Below, piece after piece: positions 1 through 11,594 of a stretch of 47,890 nucleotides of DNA (the stretch's first letter is position 1; each line of letters opens with the position of its first letter). The stretch comes from a virus (Duplodnaviria; Heunggongvirae; Uroviricota; Caudoviricetes), in IMG/VR virus record IMGVR_UViG_2671180896_000002; one strand, given 5' to 3'. The position numbers were made by a program, and so were the translations under genes. The notes under the pieces were generated by a model that was given only the letters and a program-made list of their open reading frames with translations, had not been told where the DNA came from and searched no databases.

Positions 1-1667
1 TTGCCAGGGATATCCGCACCGTTCTTATCTTTCTGCAGACGTTTCTCAGCATTGTCATTGGCTGCTTTTACTGCCTTTGGTGTTGCTGCCAGCGTTTCAG
101 ACGTGCTGTTGGTCGCGCTGCTTAGCTGGACTATCCCTTTCTGTGCTGTCGTTGCATCCTGTGCGGTGTATTTCCCGTCAGCCAGGTCATACGCGGCCTT
201 AACGGCTTTTGGCGTTGCCGCCAGTGACTCGGAAGTGCTGTTGGTCGCACTGCTGAGCTGTACTATCCCCTTTTTCGTCGTGCTCGCATCCTCAAGCGCC
301 ACGGCGGATGCAATATCCTCTGCCCGTTTTGCCGCTGTCTCAGCGCGCGTTGCCGCGGATTCCGCCGTACTTTTGCTCTGTGCTGCCGCCGTCGCACTGC
401 CAGCTGCCTCTGTCGCCTTCGTGGATGCTGTCGTGGCGCTGCCCTTCGCTGCGGACGCTTGTCTGGTCGCCTCATCTTTTGAAGCAGACGCCGATGATGC
501 CGATGACGCCGCCGAACTGGCGGACGATGCGGCAGCCGTTTTTGAGGATTCTGCGCTGGTTTCCGACGCTTTCGCGTTCGTCTCGGATGTCTTCGCTGCG
601 GAAGCAGACCTCGCTGCTGCGCTGGCCTGTTCAGTGGCTTCGCCAGCCTTCGTTGTGGCTGTTGAAGCAGACGATGCGGCACTTTCTGCCGATTTTCCGG
701 CGGCGGTGGCACTGGCTGAGGCCTGCCCGGCACTTGTTGACGCGGCACTGGCAGACGACGCAGCCGCTGTTTTTGAGCCTGCCGCAGCCGAGGCGCTCTG
801 TCCCGCTGCCGTTTCAGAAGACCTGGCGTTTGTCTCAGACGTCTTTGCCGCCTTCGCGGAATTGCCTGCCGCCGTTGCCGAGGAAGCGGCACTACTGGCG
901 CTTGATGATGCGTTCGTTTCTGATGATTTCGCTGCCTCTTTTGAGGCCGCCGCATCCCGGGCTGAGGTGGCTGCTTCTGACGCCTTCGTGGTCGCGGCGG
1001 ATGCAGAAGTGGCTGCTGATTGTTGTGACGCTGCCGCATTCGTTTCTGACGTTTTCGCCGCAGCGGCACTGGTAGCTGCCGCGCTTTTTGAGGACTCTGC
1101 AGCAGCAGCACTTTTCGATGCTTCACTGGCCTTTGTTGATGCCGTTCCTGCGCTGGAAGATGCTGACTGAGCCGACGACGCGGCCTGTCCGGCTGACGTG
1201 CTGGCTGCGCGTGCTGAGCCTGCAGCATCAGTCGCATGGGTTGCCGCCTCACGGGCTGATGTGCTGGCATCGCTGGCTGACTTCTTCGCGACTGCCGTGT
1301 TCTGTGCCACCGCGGACGCGTTACGCGCCACCTCTTCCACCATCAGTTCAAAACGGCGCAGTGCCTCAGGACGGGCATCATCCTCCGTCATGGCACCGAG
1401 AAAATCATTCAGCGTACCGGGTTGAGAATCTTCATACACGGTGATGGTCCCGGCATGTGACGGCGGGAATCCTTCCACCAACAGAATAACGCTGTACTGC
1501 CCGTACTCAACGTCCATGCTGTAACGCCCGGCTTCATCCGGATTTTCTGAGGCCAGCGTGTTCACCACCACCGTGGTGCTGTTACGTTTTGCTTTCAGCT
1601 GGATTGTGCAGTTCTGTACCGGTTTTCCTGTGCCGTCTTTCAGTACACCTGAAATCTTTACTGCCAT
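1..1667 (-). CDS. stf: Side tail fiber protein, N-terminal ~555 aa (3' end of gene lies beyond window start)
   Basis: Reverse complement of 1441-1667 translates MAVKISGVLKDGTGKPVQNCTIQLKA..., the lambda Stf N-terminus; ATG at 1665-1667 (minus). Followed by Ala/Ser-rich repetitive sequence. Position downstream of lom as in lambda/Rac. Confidence 0.85.
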   Translation of the reverse strand, partial: MAVKISGVLKDGTGKPVQNCTIQLKAKRNSTTVVVNTLASENPDEAGRYSMDVEYGQYSVILLVEGFPPSHAGTITVYEDSQPGTLNDFLGAMTEDDARPEALRRFELMVEEVARNASAVAQNTAVAKKSASDASTSAREAATHATDAAGSARAASTSAGQAASSAQSASSSAGTASTKASEASKSAAAAESSKSAAATSAAAAKTSETNAAASQQSAATSASAATTKASEAATSARDAAASKEAAKSSETNASSSASSAASSATAAGNSAKAAKTSETNARSSETAAGQSASAAAGSKTAAASSASAASTSAGQASASATAAGKSAESAASSASTATTKAGEATEQASAAARSASAAKTSETNAKASETSAESSKTAAASSASSAASSASSASASKDEATRQASAAKGSATTASTKATEAAGSATAAAQSKSTAESAATRAETAAKRAEDIASAVALEDASTTKKGIVQLSSATNSTSESLAATPKAVKAAYDLADGKYTAQDATTAQKGIVQLSSATNSTSETLAATPKAVKAANDNAEKRLQKDKNGADIPG

Positions 1668-1678
1668 ATTCACCCCAC

Positions 1679-1705
1679 AAAAAAGCCCGCCTGAACCGGC
1701 GGGCT
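1679..1705 (-). terminator. Rho-independent terminator-like hairpin between lom and stf
   Basis: Minus strand reads AGCCCGCC-GGTTCA-GGCGGGCT followed by TTTTTTG; 8-bp GC-rich stem plus T-run immediately after the lom stop. Confidence 0.6.
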
Positions 1706-1731
1706 GTCATAACACTGTGTTACCTGGCTAA

Positions 1732-2331
1732 TCAGAATTTATAACCAACACCCACGATGAACCCGTCAGTGCGCCAGTCACCACTGCCGGAGCCTTCATA
1801 AGCGACATCAATGGCCACGGATTCGGTCGGGTTAAACTGCACGCCAGCTCCCCACGCCAGAGACGTGTTGCTGTGGCGACCGTCATCACTTCCGGTCAGC
1901 ACATCGTGCGTTTTCCCCTTATTGTCAGTTACGCGGAGATAATCCCCGGAGAAAGTCGACACACGGCTGTAAGCCACACCCGCCATCGCATACGCGCTGA
2001 ACCATTCATTCACGCGTACAGACGGCCCCGCCATCACGCTGAACCAGCGGTTACGCACGGAATCTTCATACCAGCGGGTATCGCTGTAACGGGTCAGCTG
2101 GCGATTCTTGTCTCCTGCATAGCTGAACGACGTCACCATCCCCAGTGTGTCCGTAAACTCATAACGGTATTTCACGTTAATCCCGTTAAGATCATCGCTG
2201 CCGGGAACGTTCGTCGAGGCATGAAGATACCCCGCGCTCAGCGTGGACTGATGTTCAGATGCCCATGCAGGCGCACCGGATACGGCCAGACAAATGGCTG
2301 CGGAAAAAATGGCGGCATAAAGTTTACGCAT
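1732..2331 (-). CDS. lom: Lom/Ail-family outer membrane protein (lysogenic-conversion moron)
   Basis: 199-aa ORF MRKLYAAIFSAAICLAVSGAPAWA... with signal peptide and aromatic C-terminus (GVGYKF) typical of 8-strand OMP beta-barrels; lambda lom position between J and stf. Confidence 0.9.
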   Translation of the reverse strand: MRKLYAAIFSAAICLAVSGAPAWASEHQSTLSAGYLHASTNVPGSDDLNGINVKYRYEFTDTLGMVTSFSYAGDKNRQLTRYSDTRWYEDSVRNRWFSVMAGPSVRVNEWFSAYAMAGVAYSRVSTFSGDYLRVTDNKGKTHDVLTGSDDGRHSNTSLAWGAGVQFNPTESVAIDVAYEGSGSGDWRTDGFIVGVGYKF

Positions 2332-2354
2332 AATTACCTCTCGCTTTTCTGCAA

Positions 2355-2380
2355 TAAAAAAGGCACCATTTCTGGTGCCC
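2355..2380 (-). terminator. Rho-independent terminator after J
   Basis: Minus strand: GGCACCAGAAATGGTGCC stem-loop followed by TTTTTTATT, directly downstream of the J stop. Confidence 0.6.
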
Positions 2381-2400
2381 TTATATGGGTTATAACAATT

Positions 2401-5400
2401 TCAACGAATACTGATGCCGGAAGCGGCTTTTTTGGTCACAATCACCGTACAGTCGGTGATATTGCCTGCCCCCTGATTGCCTTTCTGGAAAATCTTAAAC
2501 TCCAGAGTGACGCTACCACCACCACTAGGCATATCAATAACTGCACTGTAACTACCGGGAATGGCCCCTTTAGTTTCTCTGGATGCGATTAATACGCCGT
2601 TTTTGCGAACTTCAAAACCATAACCCGTGTATCGCGTGCCTCCTGGGTTATTTCCGCTCCCCGGATCGTCATACGCTATACCGTTAAAAATAATGGGCGG
2701 AATAATAATCTGGCGGTCAAAGTTATGATCATCGCTGATGGTGACTGTAACCGTACCGTTTGGTGTTTCCGTGTTACCCCACGTACCGACTTTTTTCGGG
2801 AAGGCTTTTGATACAGCTTTAACGAAATCCCCTCTGACCTGGGTCGCCTCCAGCATGCCCTTAATCGTACAGTTCTGGTTAATCGTGACATTGTTGAGCG
2901 TTCCTGAGTTCGCATTCACACTACCACTGATATCCGCATTTTTAGCGGTCAGCTTTCCGTCTGATGTCAGGGAAAATACCGGAGGACTGCCACCGCTGGT
3001 AATGGTGGGGGCTGTCAGGCGCTTCAGGAACACGTCGTTCATGAATATCTGGTTGCCCTGCGCCACAAACATCGGCGTTTCATTCCCGTTTGCCGGGTCA
3101 ATAAACGCGATACGGTTAGCGGCAACCAGAAACTGGCTCAGCTTGCCTTCCTCCGTGTCCTCCATGCTGAGGCCAATACCCGCGACATAATGTTTGCCGT
3201 CTTTGGTCTGCTCAATTTTGACGCCCCACATGGCATTCCATTTATCGTTAGCGTCCTTCCACTCTTTCGAAAACTCATCCAGTCTGCTGGCGTTATCCTC
3301 CGTCAGATCAACTTTTTCCAGCAGCTCTTTACCGAGATGGGATTCGGTTATCTTGCCTTTGAAAAAATCCAGGTAACCTTCCGCATCATCGCTCGCCCGA
3401 CCGACAGCCTCCACGAATGCCGATTTGCCAACGGTGTTCACACTGCGAACGTAAAAATAATAATCATGGCCCGGTTTGATATTGATACTGGCGGCTATCC
3501 AGTACAGCGCCGTACCAAGATAGCGGGCTGTGGTTTCAACCTGCCTGATATCGGTAATCCGCTTTTCCGAGAACCAGAACTCAAACTGTACCGTCGGGTC
3601 ATAAACAGCAAGATGCGGCGTGGCGGTTATCTGAAAATAGCCCGGCGTCAGCTCAATCCTCGACGGTGCTGCCGGTGCGGCAATCCGGAACGATACCGAC
3701 GCCGGATCACCCTGCTGCCCCCGGGCATTTACCGCCCGGACTGTCAGCCTGTAGTTCCCCAGCGCCAGTTGCGTGAAGCGGTATGTGGTTTCCGTCGTCC
3801 GGGCCGTGCTGACCAGCCGCTCACTGCCGTCGTCCGCTGTTACGGTCAGACGGAGCAGGAAGCTCACGCCCTTCACCACCTTCGGTGTGTCCCATCGAGC
3901 CAGCACCTGGTATTCCCCACTGTCTGCGGTGACTTCTGCGGTCAGGTGCTGCACCGCTGGCGGCGTGACACCATTCACCGTGCCGCTCTGGTCGCCGTCA
4001 AAGTGCGCCCCGTTATCCACGATGGCTTCTTTTTCCGGTACATGCTGCACGGCAGTGATGGCATACGTGCCGTCATCGTTCTCACGGATACTCACACAGC
4101 GGAACAGGCGCTGACGCAACGTCGGCAACTTCAGCCCCCACACACTGTATTCTGCAACGCCGTCAGGAACCCGGTTCACTTTCACCTTAAGTCCGTCGGT
4201 GACGGACTGAACCTCCACGCTGACCGGATTACCACTTCCGTCAACCAGGCTTATCAGCGTGGTACCGGAGGATGGCAGCGTGATTTCACGGTCGAGCGTC
4301 AGCGTCCGGGTCTGGCTGTTCACCGCCAGCACGCGACCACCGGTGCTGATACCGGCATAGTCATCATCGCAGATTTCAATGACATCGCCCGGTACATGGC
4401 GAAGCCCTTCAGCACCCACGCTGAAATCCACGGTCTGCGTTTCCAGCAGTTCCGTTTTAATCAGCCACAGCCCGGCTCGGTGTGCCTGCCCCCGACTGGT
4501 ACAACCAAAGGCATCCATCTTCGTGACATTACGACCGTAACGGGCAATGGCCTGCGTATCTTCAACAAGCTCTGTCGCCGTCTCCCAGCCGTTGTTCGGG
4601 TCAATCCAGTTCACCTCAACGGCATTATGGCGGTCCTTCAGGGCGCTGAAGCTGTAGCGGAACGGCGCGCCATCATCCGGCATCACCACATTACTGCGGT
4701 TATAGGTCCACACCTTATCCGACGGTCGGTCCTGCACGAACGTCAGCGTCTGCCCGTTCCATACCGGCATACAGCGCATCGCCGAGCAGAAATCACTGAG
4801 CACATCCCACGCCTTACGCTGTGTGGTCAGGTACGCATTACAGGTGATGCGCGGCTCCGTGCCGCCAAAGCCGTCCGGCACTGACTGGTCGCAGTACTGG
4901 CCGATGACATACAGCGCCCATTTGTCCACATCCGCCGCACCAAGACGTTTCCCCATGCCGTAGCGTGGATGGCTCAGCATATCCCACAGACACCAGGCCA
5001 TGTTATTGCTGTATGCTGGCTTAAACGTTCCGTCCCAGATACCGCTGTATTGCCGCGTCTGCGGGTTATAGTTCGACGGCACCTGCAGAATACGCCCGCG
5101 CAGATGATAATTACGGCTCACCTGCTGGCTGCCGAACTGCTCCGAATCCACCTGCACGCCGACCAGTGCCGTGTTCGGGTAGCACTGTTTCACATCGATG
5201 ATTTCGGTGTATGACGACCAGAGCGTTTTGTTCTGCAGCTGGTCTGTGGTGCTGTCCGGCGTCATCCTGCGCATCCGGATATTGAACGGGCGCGGCGGCA
5301 GGTTACCCACCACCACCGATGCCAGATACTGTGAGGTGGTTTTGCCTTTAATGGTGATGTCTTTTTCCGTCACCCAGCCACCGTTACGCTGTATCTGAAC

Positions 5401-5814
5401 CAGCAGGCGGACTTCCGACGGATTCCGGTCCCCCTTTGAGGTGGTTTCCACCAGTGCCTGCACACCGAAGGTAAAGCGCAGACGGTCAATGTTTGCCGAC
5501 GTGATGGTCCGGGTAATCGGCGTGTCGTACTTCACTTCCGTACCCAGCACCGTCTCGGAGCCGGAGGATTCAAATCCCTCCGGCGGTGTCTGCTCCTGCT
5601 CACCTGCCCGGAAAACCACCGTGACACCGGAGATATTGGTATTCCCCTCACTGTCCAGCACCGGCGTACTGTTCAGCAGCACACTTTTTAATCCGTCCAC
5701 CGGACCTTCAACCGGCCCTTCACTGATGGCGTCTATCACGCTCAGCATCTGGGATGATTTCAGGTTGTCCTTCGCTTCGCGCGGGGTATGCCCCTTACTG
5801 CTGCCTTTACCCAT
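2401..5814 (-). CDS. J: Host specificity protein J (central tail fiber / tail tip)
   Basis: 1137-aa ORF starting [34 protein letters not shown]..., recognisable as lambda gpJ; gene order I-J-lom. Confidence 0.95.
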   Translation of the reverse strand: MGKGSSKGHTPREAKDNLKSSQMLSVIDAISEGPVEGPVDGLKSVLLNSTPVLDSEGNTNISGVTVVFRAGEQEQTPPEGFESSGSETVLGTEVKYDTPITRTITSANIDRLRFTFGVQALVETTSKGDRNPSEVRLLVQIQRNGGWVTEKDITIKGKTTSQYLASVVVGNLPPRPFNIRMRRMTPDSTTDQLQNKTLWSSYTEIIDVKQCYPNTALVGVQVDSEQFGSQQVSRNYHLRGRILQVPSNYNPQTRQYSGIWDGTFKPAYSNNMAWCLWDMLSHPRYGMGKRLGAADVDKWALYVIGQYCDQSVPDGFGGTEPRITCNAYLTTQRKAWDVLSDFCSAMRCMPVWNGQTLTFVQDRPSDKVWTYNRSNVVMPDDGAPFRYSFSALKDRHNAVEVNWIDPNNGWETATELVEDTQAIARYGRNVTKMDAFGCTSRGQAHRAGLWLIKTELLETQTVDFSVGAEGLRHVPGDVIEICDDDYAGISTGGRVLAVNSQTRTLTLDREITLPSSGTTLISLVDGSGNPVSVEVQSVTDGLKVKVNRVPDGVAEYSVWGLKLPTLRQRLFRCVSIRENDDGTYAITAVQHVPEKEAIVDNGAHFDGDQSGTVNGVTPPAVQHLTAEVTADSGEYQVLARWDTPKVVKGVSFLLRLTVTADDGSERLVSTARTTETTYRFTQLALGNYRLTVRAVNARGQQGDPASVSFRIAAPAAPSRIELTPGYFQITATPHLAVYDPTVQFEFWFSEKRITDIRQVETTARYLGTALYWIAASINIKPGHDYYFYVRSVNTVGKSAFVEAVGRASDDAEGYLDFFKGKITESHLGKELLEKVDLTEDNASRLDEFSKEWKDANDKWNAMWGVKIEQTKDGKHYVAGIGLSMEDTEEGKLSQFLVAANRIAFIDPANGNETPMFVAQGNQIFMNDVFLKRLTAPTITSGGSPPVFSLTSDGKLTAKNADISGSVNANSGTLNNVTINQNCTIKGMLEATQVRGDFVKAVSKAFPKKVGTWGNTETPNGTVTVTISDDHNFDRQIIIPPIIFNGIAYDDPGSGNNPGGTRYTGYGFEVRKNGVLIASRETKGAIPGSYSAVIDMPSGGGSVTLEFKIFQKGNQGAGNITDCTVIVTKKAASGISIR

Positions 5815-5874
5815 TCCTCACGCTCCATAAACGACAAAACCGCCCGGAGGCGGTTTCACATAAAACGTTTTTCA

Positions 5875-6522
5875 TCAGCGACCAATCACCACAACCTGAC
5901 CACCATCCCCTTCGTCTGCCGTGCTGATCTCCTGAGAGACCACCCGCGACCCCACGCGCATTTCACCGTACAGAACGGGCAGAACATTGCCCTGGGCAAC
6001 CATGTTATCCAGTGACGAGAAATACGTGTTCTGTTTGCCGTTATCTGTACTGGCTGCCGTGGGCGTCCTGGCTTTCGGTGCCAACATCTGCGCCACACCG
6101 CCCAGGATCATACTGGCCCCTGCCGCATACATACCCGATACAGCCGTGGCCCCCAGCCAGCCCACAGGGTTCCACCATGCAACCGCAATCAGCGCCGCCC
6201 CCAGCACTGCCTGAAAAATACCGCCACTTTTAGCACCCGCCGGACGCGGTACGATGTGGATCACGGCACCATTTTCCAGCGGCTCATTAAGACGGGCAGA
6301 CAATTCAGTTTCACCTGCATCACGCCCGGCAATGCGTACCTGGTACCAGCCGTCGCTCAGTTTCTGACGAAATGCCGGGATCTGCATGGCCAGCGCCCGG
6401 ATGGCTTCGGACCCCGTTTTCACTCGAAGGTCGATGCGGCGGCCAAATCGTTGTAAATCCCCGTAAAGGCAGATGCGTGCCATGCCCGGTGACGCCAGAG
6501 GGAGTGTGTGCGTCGCTGCCAT
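5875..6522 (-). CDS. I: Tail assembly protein I
   Basis: 215-aa ORF MAATHTLPLASPGMARICLYGDLQRFGRRIDL... ending ...TADEGDGGQVVVIGR, lambda gpI-like; precise start uncertain because the ORF overlaps the upstream K ORF by 103 nt. Confidence 0.85.
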   Translation of the reverse strand: MAATHTLPLASPGMARICLYGDLQRFGRRIDLRVKTGSEAIRALAMQIPAFRQKLSDGWYQVRIAGRDAGETELSARLNEPLENGAVIHIVPRPAGAKSGGIFQAVLGAALIAVAWWNPVGWLGATAVSGMYAAGASMILGGVAQMLAPKARTPTAASTDNGKQNTYFSSLDNMVAQGNVLPVLYGEMRVGSRVVSQEISTADEGDGGQVVVIGR

Positions 6523-7163
6523 TTGTCGGTGTACCTCTCTCGTTTGCTCAGTTGTTCAGGAATATGGTGCAGCAGCTCGCTGTCACCACAGTAAATGGCG
6601 GCATGATTCGGCACCGATGAACCAAAACAGCACAGCAGCACATCGCCCGGCTGCGCCGCTGACAACGGCACCTGATACAGCCCTGTGGCCTCCAGATTAT
6701 CCAGATAGAGATTCTGACCGTGACGCCACCAGTTATCCCCGCGATGAAAATCCGGCATCTCAATTCCCGCCAGATGGTAAGCGTCCCGGAACAGCGTGTA
6801 ACAGTCCGTCACCCCGTGCTCAAAGCGCCGCCCGGTGAGATGCGGCACACAGCGGAATTTATGAATCGCCCCCCGGCAGACCAGCCACCACGGCAAATCA
6901 CTCTGTACCTGCAGCCGCCGGTCGGCCTCACTCAGCCAGGGCAGACCACCGGGGTGGCTGTGGACCAGCGCCACAATCTCTCCCTGCATTTCTGCACTCA
7001 GCCAGTCCTCCGGCGACATCCGGAAATACGCCTCCGGCTCACCGGAGATATTCACGCAGGGAAAATATCTTTCCTCCTCCGGCGTTCTCACCACGAAGCC
7101 GCACGACTCCGCTGGCGCACATCGCCGGGCGTGCGCCAGAATCGCTGATTCTGTCTCTGTCAT
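6420..7163 (-). CDS. K: Tail assembly protein K (JAMM/MPN plus NlpC/P60-like domains)
   Basis: 247-aa ORF MTETESAILAHARRCAPAESCGFVV... with HSHP metal-binding motif; lambda gpK-like, between L and I. Confidence 0.85.
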   Translation of the reverse strand: MTETESAILAHARRCAPAESCGFVVRTPEEERYFPCVNISGEPEAYFRMSPEDWLSAEMQGEIVALVHSHPGGLPWLSEADRRLQVQSDLPWWLVCRGAIHKFRCVPHLTGRRFEHGVTDCYTLFRDAYHLAGIEMPDFHRGDNWWRHGQNLYLDNLEATGLYQVPLSAAQPGDVLLCCFGSSVPNHAAIYCGDSELLHHIPEQLSKRERYTDKWQRRTHSLWRHRAWHASAFTGIYNDLAAASTFE

Positions 7164-7168
7164 GGGAT

Positions 7169-7867
7169 TTACTGCGAAAGTTTGTTAATGGAAAGGAAGC
7201 TGCCAAAGTTGCCGACATTATTGCGAAACTTACAGCCACTCAGGCATTTGCTGCATTTATCCTTCGTGATATCGGACGTCGGCTGGTCATATTCATCCGC
7301 GACCGCCGGACCGCTATAACCGCACTCATCGCCGCGATAGGTCCAGGTGCAGGTGTTGGCCAGCATGATACGTCCCGGAAAAACAGCGCCATCCGTTTCA
7401 GTCGGCGTGGACAGTACAAAAGAGGCACTGACCGCGCTCAGTTCGCTGCACTGCTCGATGCGCCAGCGGCTGATCACCTCCTGCTCCGGATCGGCTTCGC
7501 TGTTTCCGTTGACGAAGTTCACCGCATCCAGAAAGCGGGCGTAAACCTTACGCCGGACCACCGTTCCGCCGACCAGACTCTGCAGATCTTCCGCCATCCC
7601 GGTGATCATGCCGTGCAGGTTAGAGACCGTCAGTGTCGGACGGGCAGCACTGCCCTTGCCGTTCATCTCAAATCCACTCCCCTGAATGGGATAGGCCTGA
7701 TACTGCCGACTCTGCCAGGTGACAGACTCACCTTTTTCGTTCTGCTCATTACAGAAAAAGTAGCGATCCCCACCTACCTCGGTCAGGTCGATTTCCCAGA
7801 GCACCACGCTGGCCGACTGCTCCGCACGAATGCATTCATTCAGCGTTTCCTGTTGTATGTCCTGCAT
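7169..7867 (-). CDS. L: Minor tail protein L
   Basis: 232-aa [34 protein letters not shown]... with C-terminal Cys cluster (CTWTYRGDECGY...KCSKCLSGC); lambda gpL-like. Confidence 0.9.
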   Translation of the reverse strand: MQDIQQETLNECIRAEQSASVVLWEIDLTEVGGDRYFFCNEQNEKGESVTWQSRQYQAYPIQGSGFEMNGKGSAARPTLTVSNLHGMITGMAEDLQSLVGGTVVRRKVYARFLDAVNFVNGNSEADPEQEVISRWRIEQCSELSAVSASFVLSTPTETDGAVFPGRIMLANTCTWTYRGDECGYSGPAVADEYDQPTSDITKDKCSKCLSGCKFRNNVGNFGSFLSINKLSQ

Positions 7868-8205
7868 CAGATCACCACTTCGTCAAACTGACACGAAAAA
7901 TCGGTATAGGTGATATGTTCTGTCGCTGACCACGTTCGACACACCACTCTGATTTTTCTGTTAATACCCGGCGGGCGCCAAAAAAAAGATTTATAGCCTT
8001 CATGCCGGGCTAAAAATTTTTCAAATGAATCACGTTCATTCGCCTCAACTTTGAAATCACAGGTGAAAACGCGCAGAGAATGATTAAGTCCATTTGGACT
8101 TCGTTGCTCATAACCATCGCCAAATCTTACAGTTTTTATCGATGGTTTATTTTCTGTTTTCATTCCATCCTCTGGTAACCAGTGAAATTCTTCCGTATTA
8201 GCCAC
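7867..8205 (-). CDS. Minor tail protein M-like (divergent from lambda M)
   Basis: 112-aa ORF between H and L containing the [10 protein letters not shown] motif shared with lambda gpM (VRFGDGYSQR); locally AT-rich DNA, start/stop overlaps with H and L. Confidence 0.7.
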   Translation of the reverse strand: MANTEEFHWLPEDGMKTENKPSIKTVRFGDGYEQRSPNGLNHSLRVFTCDFKVEANERDSFEKFLARHEGYKSFFWRPPGINRKIRVVCRTWSATEHITYTDFSCQFDEVVI

Positions 8206-11200
8206 TTAACATTCCCCCATCACGTCGCATATTTAACAGATTGCCCTGCACCCGCTGATCAACCATCCCCATAAGTGCTTTTATTGCCTGAGGGCCAATC
8301 TCTCCATTCTGGCCGTCATTTTGAATAGTGATTTGGTATACAGGGGCATAGGTAATATCTCCGCCTCCATTACCACTTTTACTATTAATAGCTCTGACAC
8401 CAAGAGAACCATCGGAAGTTCGTGTTAATGGCATAATGGCTTCCGGACCAGCCTCACCAAAAACACCAGCCCCTCTTGCAAAAGCAAAAAATTGCGGGGA
8501 ATCATAAATACCGTTCGAATACGTGTTCAATGACGGAGACTCATAAACACCGCCCTTTGCATTCGGAATAAATTTACTAATAGCACTCCCGATAGTTCCT
8601 AAAATCCCCCCAGAAGAACTGTTACTAATGCTGTCGAAAATCCCAGTAATTGAAGCCTTTAATGCTATTCGACTAAGATCCGAAATCACGGAAGTAGCGA
8701 AAGAACGAAAATTTGCCTTGCCTGTCGTGACAAAATCACCCAGCGCATCGGTCATTCCATCAAACATCTGAGTCGTGGTTGATTTTATCTGCTCACTGAT
8801 ATCCTTAGTGTCATCCAGCCAGTTATTGAATCCCTGGGAGGCACCACTAACCCAGTCTCCTGCCTGAATATCGAGCTGCTCGTTTTTCTGTCTGACAATT
8901 TCTTTTTCTCGTTCCAGAGCATCATTCAGAGCCTGCATTTTCTCCTGAAAAACATGATTTGACATCCCACGGGATTTATCTGCATAGTCACGTTCAAGTT
9001 GCAGACGCTGATTGTTATATTCACGTTCAATCCGCAGTAATTCCTGCTGGCGTTGCTGATTTTTATCGCCAACCCCATAACCAGCAATCTGAATATCATA
9101 CCCCTGTTGACGATTATCAATCGAAGCCTGCAATGAATCACGCCATGCAGCTATTTCGGCGGATTCCTTGATTAGCCTGTTATTTTTTTCAATCGCAACA
9201 TTTTTCTCCATCAACGCGGTTATTTCTTCCCGGTGTAAGAGAAGCGATTTCTGATCCTGGGTTAATTTCGATGACGGTCGTGACTCCAGGTCGGCAATCT
9301 GCTGACGCCACTTAACCAGTTCCTGTTCAGAGGAACTTAATTTAACGGTTAATTCAGTTTGTGAACTTAGTAACGCATTCTGTTGATTCAGATGATCAAT
9401 CATTCGTTGGGCAGCATCATCCGAATAACCTTTCGCCTTTGGTTGCTTTGGATCTTTATAACGCTCATTTATTTGAGCGATAAAATTATTATATTCTTCC
9501 TTTGAATACTGACTCTTTAGCTTTTCCAGTTTTGCAAGTTCACTAGCTCTCTGCTGCTCCCGGGTCTGATATTGTTTTGAAAAGGCATCTGCTCTCTGTC
9601 TGAGTTCAATTCCTTCCTGTTGTCGCTTGTTGTAATCGTTTATTGATGAATTTAGGACGTCCTGAGCAATTTTTTCTGCTTGAAGTACGCCCAATTGCTG
9701 CTTTAATCGTGCCAGCCTTTTATTTTGAGCTCCGCCATCTCCAATGCCACCTAACCCGAAAACTCCGGGTCGGGTATTTTTTTCTATTTCATCAATTTGA
9801 CGGAGAACATCTGAGATTTTTTGATCAAGGGAGGCCTCACGGCCAATGTCCAGCATGGAATCCCATGCCCATTTTGCGGAGTCTGCGACAGCTTTCCATG
9901 CAGTCTCAAGATAACCAAGATTTTCTTTAATCTGGTTGGTGCGCTGGATCATTGAGGATGAGTATGCTTCTGTCGCAATGCGGGCGGCCTCCTGCTGGTT
10001 CCCTTCATCCTGTAGCGCCTTAATCTGGTTATAAGTCGCAATTGTCAGAAAATGGTACTGATCATTAAGTTTTGATATGGCACTGACAGGATCCTTTGCA
10101 ATTTCATTGAAGTCATTAACCAGTTGTTCGGTTGATATTCCTGTTACTTCGCTCGTTTTTACTATCGCTGTCGTCACTTGCTCCAGCGAACTGCTCGCTA
10201 CCTTTCCCGAACGCACAAGCTGGTTTAATACTGCCGCCGCAGCGCCAGTTGTCGAATCAGCCGCATTCCCGGCACGTTGAGCTATATCGGCCAATTGCCC
10301 GCTGGTTGTCCCCAACTGATTTCCGGTAAGAATAAGAGATTTATTAAATTCGTCCTGCTCCTGAGAGCCTTTATAGTAAGCCAGCCCTAAGACGCCAACG
10401 GCTGCTGCGGCCAGGGTAAAAGGATTAATTAATCCCAGCACATAAGAACCAACACCTTTGATCGCCGGGCCAATCCCACCGAACATATCTTTTAGCTGGC
10501 CGCCCTGCTGCATTAACACCATAAAAGGCGACTGACCAGTGGACAACCCAACAACAATATCCGTCATTTGTGCAGGCAACATGCGCATAGCAAAAGCCGT
10601 TTGTTTTGCCGACATTCCGGTTTTGCTTAATTGAGATTGAGTAACCTCAAGCTCACTCCGCATAGCACGAAGTTTTCCAGAAAGTTCCTCATACATTTCA
10701 GGAGAGAGCATCCCCTTAGCTTTTGCTTCATTGAGCTGTTTCTGTTGTTCTACCAGACGATTAAAAGCAGTTCCGACAGGGTCAAGTTGAGCAATCAGAC
10801 GTTGCAAAGCAGCAACCTGTTCATCATGCGCTTTTGCTGCTTCTCGCTCTGCCTGAGCCTCTCCGGTAAGCTCTCGCCGTGTTTCCTGCATTTTTCGGCT
10901 ATAATTCTCAAACTGAGAACCATTTATTTTCCCGGATGCAAACGCAGCATTAAGTTCATCCTGCTGTTGTTCAAGATTTCTTAGCGCCGCAGCCAGAGGG
11001 TCGATCTTGTCCAGCATTCTTTGAAAGGCCTGAGCCTGCGCTTCCTGCTGGGCGGCAGCAAGTTTTCCGGCCTTCTCGGCTTCTCTCTGCGCTTGCGCAA
11101 CCCCGCTCAATTCCTCTGTGGTTTCATTAAGTTTACGGACAAGAAATTCATATTCTTCTTTATCAATAAGCCCTTTATCGAAAAATTTCTTTAATTCAGA

Positions 11201-11431
11201 ATAGCGTCGACCGACAGTATCAATTGCGGCACCAACTGGATCAATAGCTGCTTTTAATTTTGCGAGCGCGTTCTTCTCATCTTCTGTTGCCTTAGTCACT
11301 TTCCCTGCGCTATTTGCAGCAGTTTCCCCGGCCTGCGTCATTTTGACTAATGAGGAGGTCAGATTGTCAGCATTATTTTTTGCTCCAGTGCTATCAATAA
11401 TTATTGCGAGACGCGAGGTTTGCTCTGCCAT
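8198..11431 (-). CDS. Tail tape measure protein (H-like)
   Basis: 1077-aa ORF, coiled-coil-rich with three tandem ~60-aa repeats near the N-terminus, hydrophobic central segment and glycine-rich C-terminal part; follows the G/G-T chaperone genes. Confidence 0.9.
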   Translation of the reverse strand: MAEQTSRLAIIIDSTGAKNNADNLTSSLVKMTQAGETAANSAGKVTKATEDEKNALAKLKAAIDPVGAAIDTVGRRYSELKKFFDKGLIDKEEYEFLVRKLNETTEELSGVAQAQREAEKAGKLAAAQQEAQAQAFQRMLDKIDPLAAALRNLEQQQDELNAAFASGKINGSQFENYSRKMQETRRELTGEAQAEREAAKAHDEQVAALQRLIAQLDPVGTAFNRLVEQQKQLNEAKAKGMLSPEMYEELSGKLRAMRSELEVTQSQLSKTGMSAKQTAFAMRMLPAQMTDIVVGLSTGQSPFMVLMQQGGQLKDMFGGIGPAIKGVGSYVLGLINPFTLAAAAVGVLGLAYYKGSQEQDEFNKSLILTGNQLGTTSGQLADIAQRAGNAADSTTGAAAAVLNQLVRSGKVASSSLEQVTTAIVKTSEVTGISTEQLVNDFNEIAKDPVSAISKLNDQYHFLTIATYNQIKALQDEGNQQEAARIATEAYSSSMIQRTNQIKENLGYLETAWKAVADSAKWAWDSMLDIGREASLDQKISDVLRQIDEIEKNTRPGVFGLGGIGDGGAQNKRLARLKQQLGVLQAEKIAQDVLNSSINDYNKRQQEGIELRQRADAFSKQYQTREQQRASELAKLEKLKSQYSKEEYNNFIAQINERYKDPKQPKAKGYSDDAAQRMIDHLNQQNALLSSQTELTVKLSSSEQELVKWRQQIADLESRPSSKLTQDQKSLLLHREEITALMEKNVAIEKNNRLIKESAEIAAWRDSLQASIDNRQQGYDIQIAGYGVGDKNQQRQQELLRIEREYNNQRLQLERDYADKSRGMSNHVFQEKMQALNDALEREKEIVRQKNEQLDIQAGDWVSGASQGFNNWLDDTKDISEQIKSTTTQMFDGMTDALGDFVTTGKANFRSFATSVISDLSRIALKASITGIFDSISNSSSGGILGTIGSAISKFIPNAKGGVYESPSLNTYSNGIYDSPQFFAFARGAGVFGEAGPEAIMPLTRTSDGSLGVRAINSKSGNGGGDITYAPVYQITIQNDGQNGEIGPQAIKALMGMVDQRVQGNLLNMRRDGGMLSG

Positions 11432-11452
11432 TTATTAAAACTCCAGACAACA

Positions 11453-11476
11453 AAAAGCCCACCGAAGTGGGTTTCA
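11453..11476 (-). terminator. Terminator-like hairpin between G-T and the tape measure gene
   Basis: Minus strand: GAAACCCAC-TTCG-GTGGGC followed by TTTTTG; lies in the 160-bp gap between the G-T stop and the H start. Confidence 0.4.
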
Positions 11477-11594
11477 GGCGACATAATAGTAGATATAGCG
11501 ATTACGAGGCCACGCAATGCTTTTCTCCAGGAGCATCATCGATTTAATTAAAGACACCATCACATCTCTGTAACAGAGTGTACGTAATTAACAA

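Noticed and set aside
1-1170. 389-aa Ala-rich plus-strand ORF
   Set aside because: Antisense reading of the Ala/Ser-rich repetitive side tail fiber gene; low-complexity composition and no start context. The minus-strand frame gives the recognisable Stf N-terminus.
263-1270. 335-aa Arg/Gln/Pro-rich minus-strand ORF
   Set aside because: Alternate frame of the same repetitive stf DNA; extreme low-complexity composition is typical of an out-of-frame artefact.
3190-4884. 564-aa plus-strand ORF and other long ORFs antisense to J
   Set aside because: Entirely inside the J gene on the opposite strand; J on the minus strand is unambiguous, and GC-rich phage genes commonly show long antisense ORFs.
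5838-5857. Hairpin AAACCGCC-CGGA-GGCGGTTT between I and J, considered as a terminator
   Set aside because: Only a short interrupted T-rich tail (TTTTGTCGTTT) follows on the minus strand and it sits inside a tail operon where read-through is expected; at most an attenuator or RNA-stability element.
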